Origin: the human T2T-CHM13v2.0 reference genome, Homo sapiens
Strand: one strand, 5' to 3'
DNA length: 64,000 nucleotides
Assembly: GCF_009914755.1 (NCBI RefSeq)
Contig: NC_060925.1
The notes below the pieces were generated by a model. The model had not been told where the DNA came from and made no database searches. It saw nothing but the letters and a program-made list of their open reading frames with translations. Every line of letters starts with the position of its first letter. Positions within the stretch are counted from its first letter, which is position 1. Position numbers and translations under genes: made by a program. Positions 1-20,540 of the stretch are shown here, one piece after another.

Positions 1-22
1 TGTAAATTCTGTCCAGTTCAGA

Positions 23-319
23 TTATTTTATTTTATTTTTGATACAGTCTCACTCTGTCACCCAGGCTGGAGTGCAGTGATGTGATCTTGGCTCACTACA
101 ACCTCCACCTCCCAGGTTCAAGTGATTCTCCCTCCTCAGCCTCCTGAGTAGCTGGGACTACAGGCACGCGCCACTGACTTGGCTAATTCTTGTATTTTTA
201 GTAGAGATGGGCTCTTGCCACGTTGACGAGGCTGGTCTCGAACTCCTGGCCACAAAGGATCCATCCACCTCTGCCTCCCAGAGTGCTGAGATTACAGGCA
301 TGAGCTACCATGCCCAGCC
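23..319 (-). mobile_element. Alu (old, AluJ/S-like)
   Basis: Reverse-complement dimeric Alu with T-rich tail at left end. Confidence 0.9.
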
Positions 320-329
320 TCAGACTTAG

Positions 330-807
<478 letters not shown>

Positions 808-1126
808 TAGGGAATTTCACTGAAGTGATTGAGGTGGGTGGGGATTCCTTGGTGGAATAGCCCTCTGGACTCTGAGGTGGATCATATGTATGTATTAGTA
901 AATATAGCAAACTGGTTTAATTGATACATCCTGATAATTAAATGGTACATAGGTTGACTGGTCAGTAAGTTAGGTTAAATAAATATGAGCTTTGTCAGAA
1001 AAACACAAGTTTTCATTAGGTATATTTATGTTTTATTTACTCAATACATTTACATGGTAGTGTTACAGATTATCTTCTGTGTACCTGCCATTGCGTTGGT
1101 TGCGTGGTGTTAGTCGATTTCTGATA

Positions 1127-1236
1127 TTGAAGTAGCACAGTCATACAGAATATTGGCCTAAAGAAATGACAGACAAACTCAGCTATATTGTCTGTCAATT
1201 CATAGGTCATTTTCCTGTATACCATTTCTGAATGAT
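1127..1236 (-). ncRNA. MIR215: pre-miR-215 hairpin (mature miR-215-5p at 1190-1210)
   Basis: Reverse complement of 1190-1210 is ATGACCTATGAATTGACAGAC, the recognised mature miR-215; the complementary arm (aatgacagacaaa on +) gives a stem-loop. Confidence 0.97.
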
Positions 1237-1430
1237 GACTTTAATCCTCTTCCATTATTGGATCTTTTTGGTGTTACAAAACTTGAATTTAAGAAAATTG
1301 ATATTAATTCTTAATCATTTGTTAATTTTATAAAACAGGCTGAAAATCTTTTTTTCTGCTGGAATCAAATGAGAGTCCAAGTGACCACAATTTTCTGTCT
1401 TTCTTTATTATACCTTTATATTGTAGCAAG

Positions 1431-1515
1431 TTGGTAACCATCAAAAGTAACAGCATCTCCACTGGAAATTGGTACACAGTCCACATGGAGTTGCTGTTAC
1501 ACTTGATAACACCAT
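1431..1515 (-). ncRNA. MIR194-1: pre-miR-194-1 hairpin (mature miR-194-5p at 1480-1501)
   Basis: Reverse complement of 1480-1501 is TGTAACAGCAACTCCATGTGGA (miR-194-5p); 3p arm CCAGTGGAGATGCTGTTAC; ~200 nt from MIR215 as in the known cluster. Confidence 0.97.
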
Positions 1516-2258
1516 TAAACATATAAGGAGATTCCTTTTGCTCATCATGGGAGCTGTACGATATCTCTAAGTATACTTGTTTCACAGAAGAAAGTCTCGA
1601 TTTATTCATGTTCTAAATAAGTTTAGGGACTGGTAGATTTGAAACGCTGATGTTTTATTTTGATTTGAATTAATAGTGTCATTTGCATTTTAGATCATAT
1701 TTGTATTTTATCAAGAAATAATTCCATTTCTGACTTTACTGTCATTGGTCATTTTTTGAATCTGTGAGATAATGCCATTAGAATTTGGGTTGAAATCTGT
1801 TACTAGTCAATAAAAACAGAAGAAATAATTTTTAGCATAAAAAAGATAAAATGTAGAAACACTGGCTACCTGGGAAGGAAAAGAAGTTGGTTAAATTTCT
1901 TTCATCATTTCAAACAGTTATAATCACTTTCATGCTATTAATGCTATAGTTAACATAGTGAAACTTAGCCCCTAACTTCTGGAAATTATGAGAAATTTAG
2001 TAAAAATAGCCAAGGAATTTCCAATATAATTTGAGTGTTAACTTTAGCTACCTCAAATTTTTTCTCAGTTAACAATAATAAACCTTTTGTTCAAAAAATT
2101 TATGTTCATTAAATAAAGAAAAATTTCTTCAAAATGGTTTTCTGTCAGCTTTAAAACATAAATCTAGGATTAAACTAAAAATAGAATTTCCCCTTCCAAA
2201 TTTCACATTGTTCTAGAATTAAATTTAGTAAACAAATGTGAAACATTTAGCCTCTTAC

Positions 2259-2595
2259 CTCATTCTTCTTCCAGTAAGTTACAGAAGAAAAGTTGTCTTA
2301 ATAATCTTCAATATTTTTGCTTATAAAGGCAAAACACAGAAGACAGTGGGATGACAGCAGTCGTTTCTTTGTTGCTTTAGTAATCTTAATGCTGCTTAAT
2401 GTCCATAACACGCTAAATAAGCCTCATTCCGGTTGATATCGAAGTTCAGAATGATTGGCTGATGTCATAGTTGCTCATGCTACCTAGTGGATTTTCACTG
2501 ATTGAAACCTAAGAAGGGACACGTAATGCATGTGTTGAGATAAGGCCTTTGAGTAAAGTACAAGGTTTTATGATGGATTTATTGCTTTATGAAGT
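2259..2595 (-). promoter_or_regulatory. Candidate promoter/enhancer and first exon of pri-miR-194-1/215
   Basis: Minus-strand donor GAG|GTAAGA at 2259/2258, TTATAA 2321-2326, CCAAT box (ATTGG 2454-2458), TGATGTCA 2460-2467, AGATAAG 2538-2544, three CDX-like TTTAT(G/T) motifs 2566-2592; motif-level evidence only. Confidence 0.4.
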
Positions 2596-3356
2596 AAAGC
2601 ATTAAGATGGAAGCATATAGATTACATACTGGTAAGTGGTTTCACCCACTTTTATCAGCAGTCGTTTATACTGATCTTTGGGTTATAGGTTAACTATGAG
2701 TTTGTGTTAAGTATACAATGTTAAAGAAATGAAGGTAGAATTCTTAAATTTCAGACAAATTAGGAATTTTCCTGCATTTTTTTCTGAAGAATATTAAATA
2801 TCACAAGGAAATAGTTAGAAAATTGTTTAAAAATTTTTTTAGGAAACAGAAAATTATTTAAGAAATCTTTTAAGTATTATCTTGGTTTCATTATAAAAAA
2901 ATTCCACTTCTAAGTATTTACCCAAAGGAAATAGGACTAATACCTCTTGTGTGAGGATATGTATATAAGATGTCCAATACAGTTGTTTATAAAGGAACAT
3001 AATGATATACAAAAGAAGATGTAATTTAATTAGTTATAGAAGAATGAATATGTACCTGTTAAAAATGTCAGCTTAGCTCTTAATGGTTGCCTAGTTCCTT
3101 GTGTATGAAAATCAAATGAACATAACTTATCCAGTGTTTGGATTTTGTTAGATGTTTGTCACATCTCTATAATGAGTGTCTTTTGAGCACTTGTTCACAG
3201 TTAACTTTATATACTTTTTTCAAATTATCTTTTTAGATTTTGTTTGAACATTAAGTTTATCTTTGTTTTTATCATCATTATACCTAGCTCAAGTTTGTGG
3301 GTTATATGTCTGTTTATTTTTATTGCAATTTTTGTTTTCAAAGCTCTCTGTCACAC

Positions 3357-4043
<687 letters not shown>

Positions 4044-4878
4044 TAACATGTATTTGTTGGGTTTTTCTTTACTCTCTTATTTTAAAATTAACTTTATTGT
4101 TTTAAAAATACAAATAATTTATCTAGAATCTCATAATAGAACCGAATTATAGAACATAATGCTTACTAAAGTGCATTTAGTAGACTTTATTTAGAACATG
4201 ATGTTTTCATAATTCACAATATAAAGTAAGGAAGGAAGTCTTGCTCTCTAAATATTAGTGAGACTTGCTCTCTTAATGAGATAAAGCTTCTTCCCTTAAA
4301 AATGTTTCATGTTTCTTTTGGATACATTGAACAAATTTTTCTTTTGTTCTGATTCATATACTTATGTAACAAGGAAAAAAATCTGAAGTATGTTGTTTTA
4401 TTTACAGTAGCCTTTTTGAAATTGGATTTTTAAAAATAATTGCAGGATTGCTTTTCATTGATGTAGCTAATGTGTAGTTACGTTGTTTCTCGTAAGTGTA
4501 ATTAGGTAAGCTAAAAGAAAAACAAAAAACCTTTCCTCCTCACTAAGAGACTTTTGTCAGTTTTTTTAAAAAGTTTTTTAAATTTGCAAATAAAGTATGT
4601 ATAAAACACAAAATTACATTTCTTATATTAAAATATGCGCTATATCTAAATTACTAATATTGTTATAAAAATGTAGCAATTAAAATGAATTTTAGACTAG
4701 AGGTGTCTGACTAAACTTGGTGGGATTTTACGGTTGCTTTAATAACATGCCAACAGCAAAACTGGAATCTTTCTTTCTTAATGCTTTTAGTTATATGCTC
4801 AGTAGGTTACTTGAATGTAGTTAAATAACATTTAAAATGTCATTGAATTTTCTGATATTTAGGAATATGAAAAAGAAC

Positions 4879-5025
<147 letters not shown>

Positions 5026-5082
5026 TGAAAAAGAGCTTAGTTTTATTAAAGTTGAATTTAGGATTCTAAAATATGGATGTGG

Positions 5083-5395
5083 AGCTGAGTGTGGTGGCTC
5101 ACAACCCATAATCTCAGCATTTTGGGAGGCTAAGGCTGGAGGATTGCATGAGGCCAGGCATTTGAGACCAGCCTGAGCAACAAAGCGAGATTCCCATCTC
5201 TAGAGGGGGGGAAAGAAAGCAGGGCATGTTGGCATGGGCCTGTAGTCCCAGCTACTCAGGAGGCTGAGGCGGGAGGATTACTTGACGCAGGAGTTCAAGG
5301 CTTCAAGTGAGCTATGATCATGCCACTGCAATCCAGCTTGGGCCACAGAGTAACACCTTGTCTCAAAAAAATTAATTAATTAAAATAAAATAAAA
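5083..5395 (+). mobile_element. Alu (AluJ-like)
   Basis: Diverged Alu dimer with A-rich tail. Confidence 0.85.
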
Positions 5396-6696
5396 TGGAT
5401 ATGTTTCATCTATAGTCATAACGTTACTCACTTTCTTTAGTTATTAGGACTTTTTCTTTTAAGAATAAAAATTTTCGCCTAGTCTTCGTCACTTTTTCCG
5501 ATGTTTATAGAAACTGAAACTCAAAAAATAGTATGATTTATTCCTGTCATTTTCCAGTTAAGTCCAGTTAGAGTCTGGTCTTTGGACTTAGTGCTTGCTG
5601 TGTCAACACACTAATCTCCTGAGACTGCCTAGTTCCTCACTTCATCTCTGATACGTAGTCTTCACTCTATGCCTGGGTAAAAGAGCCTTTCTGCCATTGC
5701 TTAGCAAACTCCAGAGAGTAAGAGTGTGAATTCAGTTACAGTGTTGTCTTTATAGATGAGTTAGAGAGGCAGAATAAAGAAGTAAAAACAGCACACCAAA
5801 CTATGTATGATTTAGGAAACACAAATTCAAGCCCTGGTTTTAACTGTTACTTGCTTAGCTTCATAATTTAAGGAACCCTAAGGTGCAGAACAAATCATTT
5901 CTCAAGACCCACTGTGTATTTCTGTGAATCCAATTAGCAAGTGCTTGTAAAGTGCTTCGAAAAAGATATGTGGTGTACGTATATACATAGTTTTGTATAC
6001 ATACAAATACTCTTTATCTTTTATACATACAAATACATAAAATACTCTTTATCCTAACATTTCTACCGTATTTGCTAAATTAATATGAAATTTGAGACAT
6101 TTACTTTTACTTCGATATTATTTTTATGTCTTTTTCCAATACATTTAAAGCTGTTTTACTGTTTTATTTTACTCTTTACCTAAACTTGCCAGTCTAATGA
6201 TAACATTGTAAAAAAAAAAAGGCAAAATGACACCCATTTTTAGAATTATTCTTTTTTAATGAGAATTTCATTAGTATGAACAGTGTTATCAATTGTAATT
6301 GTGCGTATGTGTCCATGTAAATGTACTTTACTAGTATCTCTCTTTTATGGTTGTAATCTTTTTGTTTTTTTTTTCTTTTGGTCTTTAGATTTATTCAGAT
6401 TTTTCTATTATACCATATTCATATTTTCTTAACTGAAAATGTTCTGGACAAACTATATAAAATAGTAATATGTAACTAAATACTATTGTCATATAACTAG
6501 GTAGTTATTACATAAGGTTTTTATGGTCTGATAACATAAAAGTTTATCTTTACTGTTAAAGTCCATCTAAAATGATTCACTGTCTTAGAAACATGCATTT
6601 ATGCCCATTTTCCTTTCTCATTATAAGTTCTTCAAAGTACATGATGGTAACATTATACTTTTAAAATCTATCCTTCATAGAATACCAACTTACTGA

Positions 6697-7050
<354 letters not shown>

Positions 7051-7166
7051 TGTAGAGCATATTTAATTTATACTCATTTGATTTTGCTTTCCACAACAAT
7101 TTTTGGTAAACACTTCATTTATCTGTGAATTATCAGGCCCAGACCTGACGTCAAATAATCAGTTTG

Positions 7167-7395
7167 AATAATGCTTACATAGTATTTATTCAAATGTGCC
7201 AGGTATTGTTCTATGTGTTTTATATTTATTAACTCAGTTAATATTCATAGGAAGTCTCTTCATGATGCTGTTACTATTTGTGTTTTACAAATGAGGAAAC
7301 AGGCACAGAAATGTTAAGTGCCTTGCCTGGGTTCAAGTGGTGGAGCCAGAAATTAAGCTAAAGCCCCCTGCTGGCAGGATCCATGCTCTTGGCCA
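7167..7395 (-). mobile_element. MIR remnant
   Basis: Core motif ttttacaaatgaggaaacaggcacagaaatgttaagtgccttgcc. Confidence 0.65.
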
Positions 7396-8505
7396 TTATA
7401 TGTACTGTGACTAAATGAAAAGCAACTAGAGGAAGCTGTAATAGCAACAAAGCTACAATAATAAATTCAATATTCTAATAAATCAAAAATATTTTATTTT
7501 TGTGAGAAACTATAGTATGAATTTTTTTCCCTGAGTTTAATTTTTAAATAATTTATTACTGTATATCTTCCTAAAGATACGACCAGTTCTGTTATTTATT
7601 TGATAGGGGTTGATTGGCTTTCTGTCATGTGTTAGGTGCTGTACTAAGTTTTACATGTATAGTCTCATTTAGTTTGTAGTTGTTCTGAGGGAAGTGTCTA
7701 GGATTACTACAATGTTAAGTTTCACCAGGGGAGGGATCTTGTGTATTTTGCCAACTGCTGTATCTCTAGTGCCTGTGCCCAGGACACAGGAGGTGTTCAA
7801 TAGTTTCTGAACAATGAATTAGATTGTTCTTAACAGAAGGGAAAGCTAGGTCTTAAAGAAGTTTTAGTACTTGTGCATGGTCATATAAATACAAAGTGAC
7901 AGTCAGAATATAAGCCTGGATATCTGTCATCACAGTCTCTGCTCTAATATGGCATTGCATCTTGTGCAGATGCCTGTAAGCAGGGAGGGAGTCCTGGAAA
8001 GTTTTCAAGCAGAGAATTCGTGTGATAAAAGCAGTTTAGGAATGCATCTATTTCAAGGTCTGTTTTGTAAAGTAAAGGGATGAGGGTAGGAGGAAGTACT
8101 CTCAGACCATTGATTGCATCAGTTTAGTTTTGAGGGAATGAGGTTGGACTGATACAGTGTCAGTGGGAACCACTGTAATCTTTCAAAGGTAGAACTGAGA
8201 GAATGTGTTGGTTTAATTTAGGCAGAAATCAGAAGAGGGAAGATAATTAGAAGGCTTTGAGTATAAGTACCTGGATAGAAAATAGATGAGTAAGAAATAG
8301 GTAAATCAGTAACGGAAACAGATGTTTTTTCTTTTTAAGGATATGTATAATCAATTTTTTATTTATATTGAATTTAAAATGATAGCAGCTTTTTCTTCAA
8401 ACTAAGGTTTGAGGAAAAAGGAAAATAAATCACTATTTCTTAATTTTAAAATGTTTGTTATTCATCACAATAGTTAATTGAATAATTCTGCCATGTCCCC
8501 CCTGA

Positions 8506-8682
<177 letters not shown>

Positions 8683-8795
8683 TGAGAGTTAAAAAATTAT
8701 CTTATGTAAAGTTAACAAATTTATTTACTGTAAATTAGAAGCTAATGCAGTGTGAAAGTAGACATTTTGTTTAACTATAGAAGTGTAGTATTTAA

Positions 8796-9568
<773 letters not shown>

Positions 9569-10023
9569 AGTGTAGTATTTAATAAAGTAGTGGAATGTGA
9601 GGGTCAATTGTTATCTCATTGAGGGCCAGGATTGATTGATGTTGACTGATTTGGTTGACTAAGCTCATGTAATTTACTGTTAGAGAACAGTGCCTAATGG
9701 TACATCAGGCCTTTGTAGGATCTGTAGTAGAGTTAGCTGATTGTATCACACATTAAAATATCCAAATTTAAAGTTAATTTCAAGGAAATAAAAACCAATT
9801 CATATTACATTGGTAAATATGTAATTCAGTGGCCACAGATACTTTTAAATGTGAATGGAGGGAGTTGAAGTTAACTGTGAAATGCTTAAAAATACTGTAA
9901 ATTTCATCTAAAAATGTGAACTTCATGGTTGCATTTCATTTTCTGAAGACTTTTGGGGTACAGTATTTGTTGTCTATATTGTGATCTTTGTGTACCTGAC
10001 ATGCTTTTGCATTATCTTACTAG

Positions 10024-10125
<102 letters not shown>

Positions 10126-11243
10126 TAAAAATAGATATATGCCGATCAAGAAGTTTTGAAAATATGGAATTGGTATTTAGAAGGGATCTATAATCAAACT
10201 CTTTTTCTGTGTGTGCTTTATTTAGAGATCTGCTATATTTTAGACCTCGAAAGACCCTTAGAGTTTACTTAATCCAATGATTTCTAAACCTTTTTCTGTT
10301 TTTCTAGATGAAATTTCATTTAGAATTTATAATACAGAAAATAGTTAAACATGGGAATATTTTTCCTCCTTTCAACCAGTTCATTCTCCTTGGCCACTTG
10401 GCAACCCCAAGGCACCCAGTTTTGTAAAACAAAGTTTGGAAGTCACTGAAATAGTCTGACCCCATAATTTTTCAGAAGAGAAAATGAAATTGACTTAGAG
10501 CCAAATTAGGTGATGGTCACATAGCTTAGTAGTGTCAAACTAGAACGCAAGTACCCTGATTTTCAGTTCTCATCTTCTATACTACATTGCTTTTTGTGGC
10601 TTTTTCTCCTCTCTGTACAAACAGCTGACTAACTTTATACTTACAGATAATTAGCGAATGTTTTTGACTGATTGGATAAAGAGAAAGGAGAGACGTTGGG
10701 CAGGAATTAGAAAGGAGTAGTAGGAGAAGGCACATATTAGAGGATGTGTTTAGATGCTTGAGAAGAAATATTTTTAAGGCAACTAAGTGAAAAGATAGAG
10801 TTCAAATGAAGAACAAGGCTTGTTATCACTGTGAAGTTGGAGACAGGGATGAGATGTCACGGAGGCAGTGATGGATCACACAGTTCCTCACACTCCTACT
10901 AAGGGCCAGCTTTGGCCTGAGAGACCCTGTTTGCTTTCTGGAGTAAGGGTATGTGGGAAAAGTAGCTTGTCTATGAATCACACAATAGGATTCCTAGTAG
11001 GTGGATCTATTTCCTTCATTTAAGCCTTTCTTTCAGCTTAGGAAGTTTGAAAAACAAAATGCATATAAATTCATGTTTACTCTCTATTACAAGTAAAATG
11101 TGCGTAATAATAATGGCCAAATATAAGTTACATATTTTTATAATTTTTTTGTAGTGATTTTCAGAATTATTATTTCATAATTTTTCTCCCAGCATATTCG
11201 AGAGAAAATACTGCAAGTTTAGGTACTTGGTTTCCCTAAATTA

Positions 11244-11852
11244 CAGTCATGTGTTATATAATGACACTCCAGTCAGTAGCAGACTGCATATATGATGATG
11301 GCCCCACAAGATGATAATACATCTGACTCCTGAACAACAGGGTTCTGACTGCACAGGTCTACTTATATGCAATTTTTTTCAATGAAATGCAGATGGAAAA
11401 TATAGTATTCTCAGGATTTGAAACCCACATATAGAAAGGGAGGGCCGACTTTTCATATATGCAGTTTCAGCAGGGCCAACTGTGGGACTTGAGTATTCAC
11501 AGATTTTGGTACATATGGGGGTGGGGGGCTGGGGGGTTGGTGGGTCCTAGAACCAATCCTCTGCATATATCAAGGGATGACTACTGTATTTTTACTGTAC
11601 CTTTTCTGTGTTTAGATATGTTCAGATACACAAATACATACCATGTGCTGACATTGCCTGCAGTATTCAGTATAGTAACATGCTGTGCAGGTTTGTAGCC
11701 TAGAAGCAAAAACACTATGCCATGTTGGCTAGGTGTAGAGTAGGCTCTCCCATTGAGGTTTGTGTAAGTACACTCTATGATGTTCACACAGTGATGAAAT
11801 CACCTAAGGACACATTTCTCAGAGCATATCTCTATTAAGCAATGCATGACTA
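11244..11852 (-). mobile_element. Tigger3a/MER7-like DNA transposon interrupted by a nested MER8/Tigger2-like element (~11320-11583)
   Basis: Terminal inverted repeats ta|cagtcatg ... catgacta; internal element with catctgactcctgaacaac ... caagggatgac ends; family names from memory of consensus sequences. Confidence 0.7.
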
Positions 11853-12178
11853 TGTATTGAAAATGCAGGTCAATACCACTACTTAAGGTAGTAGGAAGAA
11901 GAGTTTCCTGCTGGCACATTTTGGGCAGCATTCTGAATTTCAGAAAAGAGTATGCCAATTGTGAAACAGTGAGGTATAGTGTATTTCAAAGTGTATTCAC
12001 TGCTTTAGGCTTTGTGAGAATTAATGCTGCTACCATTGTTGCTTTTCAGTTTCTGAAATGGTTTTACAGTGCAGTTAAGTGCACGTTATATTTGGCGCTG
12101 TCAAGTGGGTTAAAATCCATGAAAACTGGCATTAAAATCTATCTGATAGAGTTTAGTCATAATATTTCTAGAGTGTGA

Positions 12179-12455
12179 TTTTTTTTTTTTTTCGAGACAG
12201 TGTCTCACTCTGTTGCCCAGGATGGAGTGCAGTGGTGCGATCTCAGCTTGAGTTCAAGTGACTCTCCTGCCTCTGCCTCCTGAGTAGCTGGGATTACAGG
12301 CATGTGCCACCATGCCCAGCTAATTTTTGTGTTTTTAGTAGAGAAGGGGTTTCACCGTGTTGGCCAGGCTGGTCTCAAACTCCTGGCCTCAAGTGATCCA
12401 TCTGCCTCAGCTCCCAAAGTGCTGGGATTACAGACGTGAGCCACCGCACCCGTCC
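12179..12455 (-). mobile_element. Alu with small internal deletion
   Basis: TSD agagtgtgat on both sides. Confidence 0.85.
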
Positions 12456-12499
12456 AGAGTGTGATATTCTTAACCAAATGATTTTCACTGCAACAGAAA

Positions 12500-16170
<3,671 letters not shown>

Positions 16171-16243
16171 ATTTGTTTTCACTGCATATGCATTTACCTT
16201 CTTACATTATCTCAGACTTTCCTGGCTGCACAGACTAGATTAA

Positions 16244-16600
<357 letters not shown>

Positions 16601-17674
16601 TAACATAAAATCTACCCTACTAGGTGTCAGCTCCAAGAAGGCAGAGTCCAGATTTCCCCAGGGTCTAACACAATGCCTGCTATATAACAAGTGCTCAGTA
16701 ATATTGGTGCAATTGAATTGGTTTGATTCAGTTATTTAAATTTTGTTTCCCCACCTCCACTCAGTTAATCTTTCTTACATGAAGATTACAACACTAAATT
16801 TTCAGTCTTAGGACATAAGGACAAATCATAATTTTACAAATAAAAGGGATTATGGGGGCTTTGAGAGTTGTGAGTTTAGATTTAAAATATAGATGTAATC
16901 TTTATCAACGACCTCATGTTACTTTTTTTTGAAAACCCTTTTATTTTGAAAAGTCATAAAGTATCATGAAGAATTACAGCATGCTCTTCATCTAGATTTC
17001 CCAACGTTAACATTAACATTTTGCTACAGTTGCTTTATATATCCTATGTATATATATGTAGAGGAAAAGATGCATCTTTTATCTCAATATTTTAGTATAT
17101 ATTTCCCCAAAACATGGATAGTCTCTTAACATAACCAACACAGATATCAAAATTAGGGAATTAACATTGATTCCATACTGTTAACTGTCTATAGAACTTA
17201 TTCCTAGGTGGAAAGAGGAAAAAAAAAAAAGGACCCAAGATCTAATCTGAGATCACATGTCACATTTAACTGTCATGTCTCTCTAGTTCTTGTTCTGTGT
17301 CTTTCATGACATTTCATGACATTGCTTGACATTCATGCAGTACAGGTTTATTTTGTAGATGGTCTCTCTGGGTTTGTGGGATGCATTGTCATGATTAGAT
17401 CCACGTTATGCATTTTAGGTAGGAATATCACAGAAAGGATACTGTGTTTATTTCAGTACATCATTTCAGAAGTCACGTGATACATCTCTGTCCCATTACT
17501 ACTGGTGATGTGTAACTTTGGTCACTTTCTTGGTTAAGGTGGCATCTGTCAGTTTTCTCTATTGTAAAGTTACTTCCCTTCCTCCCCACTAATTGTTATT
17601 AATAAGTATCTTCTTTTTCTATTTTAATTAACTTAAATTTCTGGGTTTTTTTTTCTTTTAATACTTAATTTTGA

Positions 17675-17785
<111 letters not shown>

Positions 17786-18026
17786 TAAGTATTTATGCCT
17801 GAACCAACCTGCTGAGTACCTGCCAGTGTGTGAAGCACTATGCTGAGTACTACAGAGATGATAAGGCACCACTCTTGATTGCTTACAGTGTCCTGTAAGA
17901 ATTTGAAGTAAAAAAAGAGAAAGGAAAAAGGAGACAACACCAAGGTGTCTTGTGAGTGTGATGCAGATCATAACTCTTTGAAGAAAAAGTCAGCATTGAC
18001 TGGAGTAGTTGGGGGAACTTATGTAG

Positions 18027-18933
<907 letters not shown>

Positions 18934-19400
18934 CTTTTACATGTTTTTGTTTCTTAACATGCGTTTTAAAGACCAGTAAAAGGGCAGATCCTATTTTTTT
19001 CAAATTGTCTTTTGAAAATAATTTTGAGATGATAATCTGCTCTTTTTAAGACATACTTTTTCCTGGTTTTATTTTTTCATTTAAAATTTTTTTTTTTTTT
19101 TTTTTTTAGTGAGTTATATAGTTTTTCCGCTATCACCACAAGAGGTTTTATAACATTTCCAACACACTAAAAAGTTTTCTCATGCCCATTTGTGACTAAT
19201 CTCCACTCCCACCCCAGGGCCCCTGGCAACCACTGATCTCCTTGCTGTCTCTGTAGTTTGCTCTTTCTAACCTGGTTAGTTTTAATGATAAAATCAGTAC
19301 ATAGCAGAAGCTCAGAAAATAATCTGTTTAGTGATGAAAATATCTAAAGTTTTCCTTTGTGTAAGTCGAGAGTTAACTGTTTGACTATTGTGATACATGA

Positions 19401-19950
<550 letters not shown>

Positions 19951-20065
19951 TTTTATTCATAATCAGTCAAGAAAAATCATATTTTTGTGTCAAACTTAGA
20001 TACTCTTTTTAAGCTGTACCTAATCTTCAAAAAGATAATTATAATTGTGTTTATCATTAAAATAG

Positions 20066-20221
<156 letters not shown>

Positions 20222-20437
20222 TAAGGATCTTAAATTGGCAGCCAAAGCCCTTAATATAGTTACTTCAATGTAAAAATAAAAACTATCTTTTATACTCTCA
20301 AATAACACATGATTGTAATGAAGAAGGCAGAGGCTGGGATTGTGGTCCTTTTAACTTATTTCAGGCCTGACTCTCCAGTTAGGTCCCAAACCACGCTGTT
20401 TCTTTTTTAATTGTCTGAGAGCCTTTAAAATGTGTAG

Positions 20438-20540
20438 ATCCTTTTGTGATTCGTAAGCGTGATGATTGGGTTTTCGCACTATTGTGTGAGGTGTGCCTCC
20501 CTCAAACCTTGTTACAGTGTTGGCACATTGCTGTCTGAAG
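20438..20540 (+). ncRNA. U13 (SNORD13) snoRNA retrocopy/pseudogene
   Basis: atccttttgtgattcgtaagcgtgatgattggg...aaccttgttac...ggcacatt...gtctga resembles U13; C box TGATGA 20460-20465, D box CTGA 20535-20538, short A-rich tail. Confidence 0.85.

Noticed and set aside
1300-2100. HNF1-like GTTAAT half-sites near the miRNAs
   Set aside because: All have about 4 mismatches to GTTAATNATTAAC in very AT-rich sequence
2262-2280. ttcttcttccagtaagt on + strand resembling a recursive splice site in IARS2 intron 12
   Set aside because: The AG and GT share the same G; a recursive site needs AG|GT
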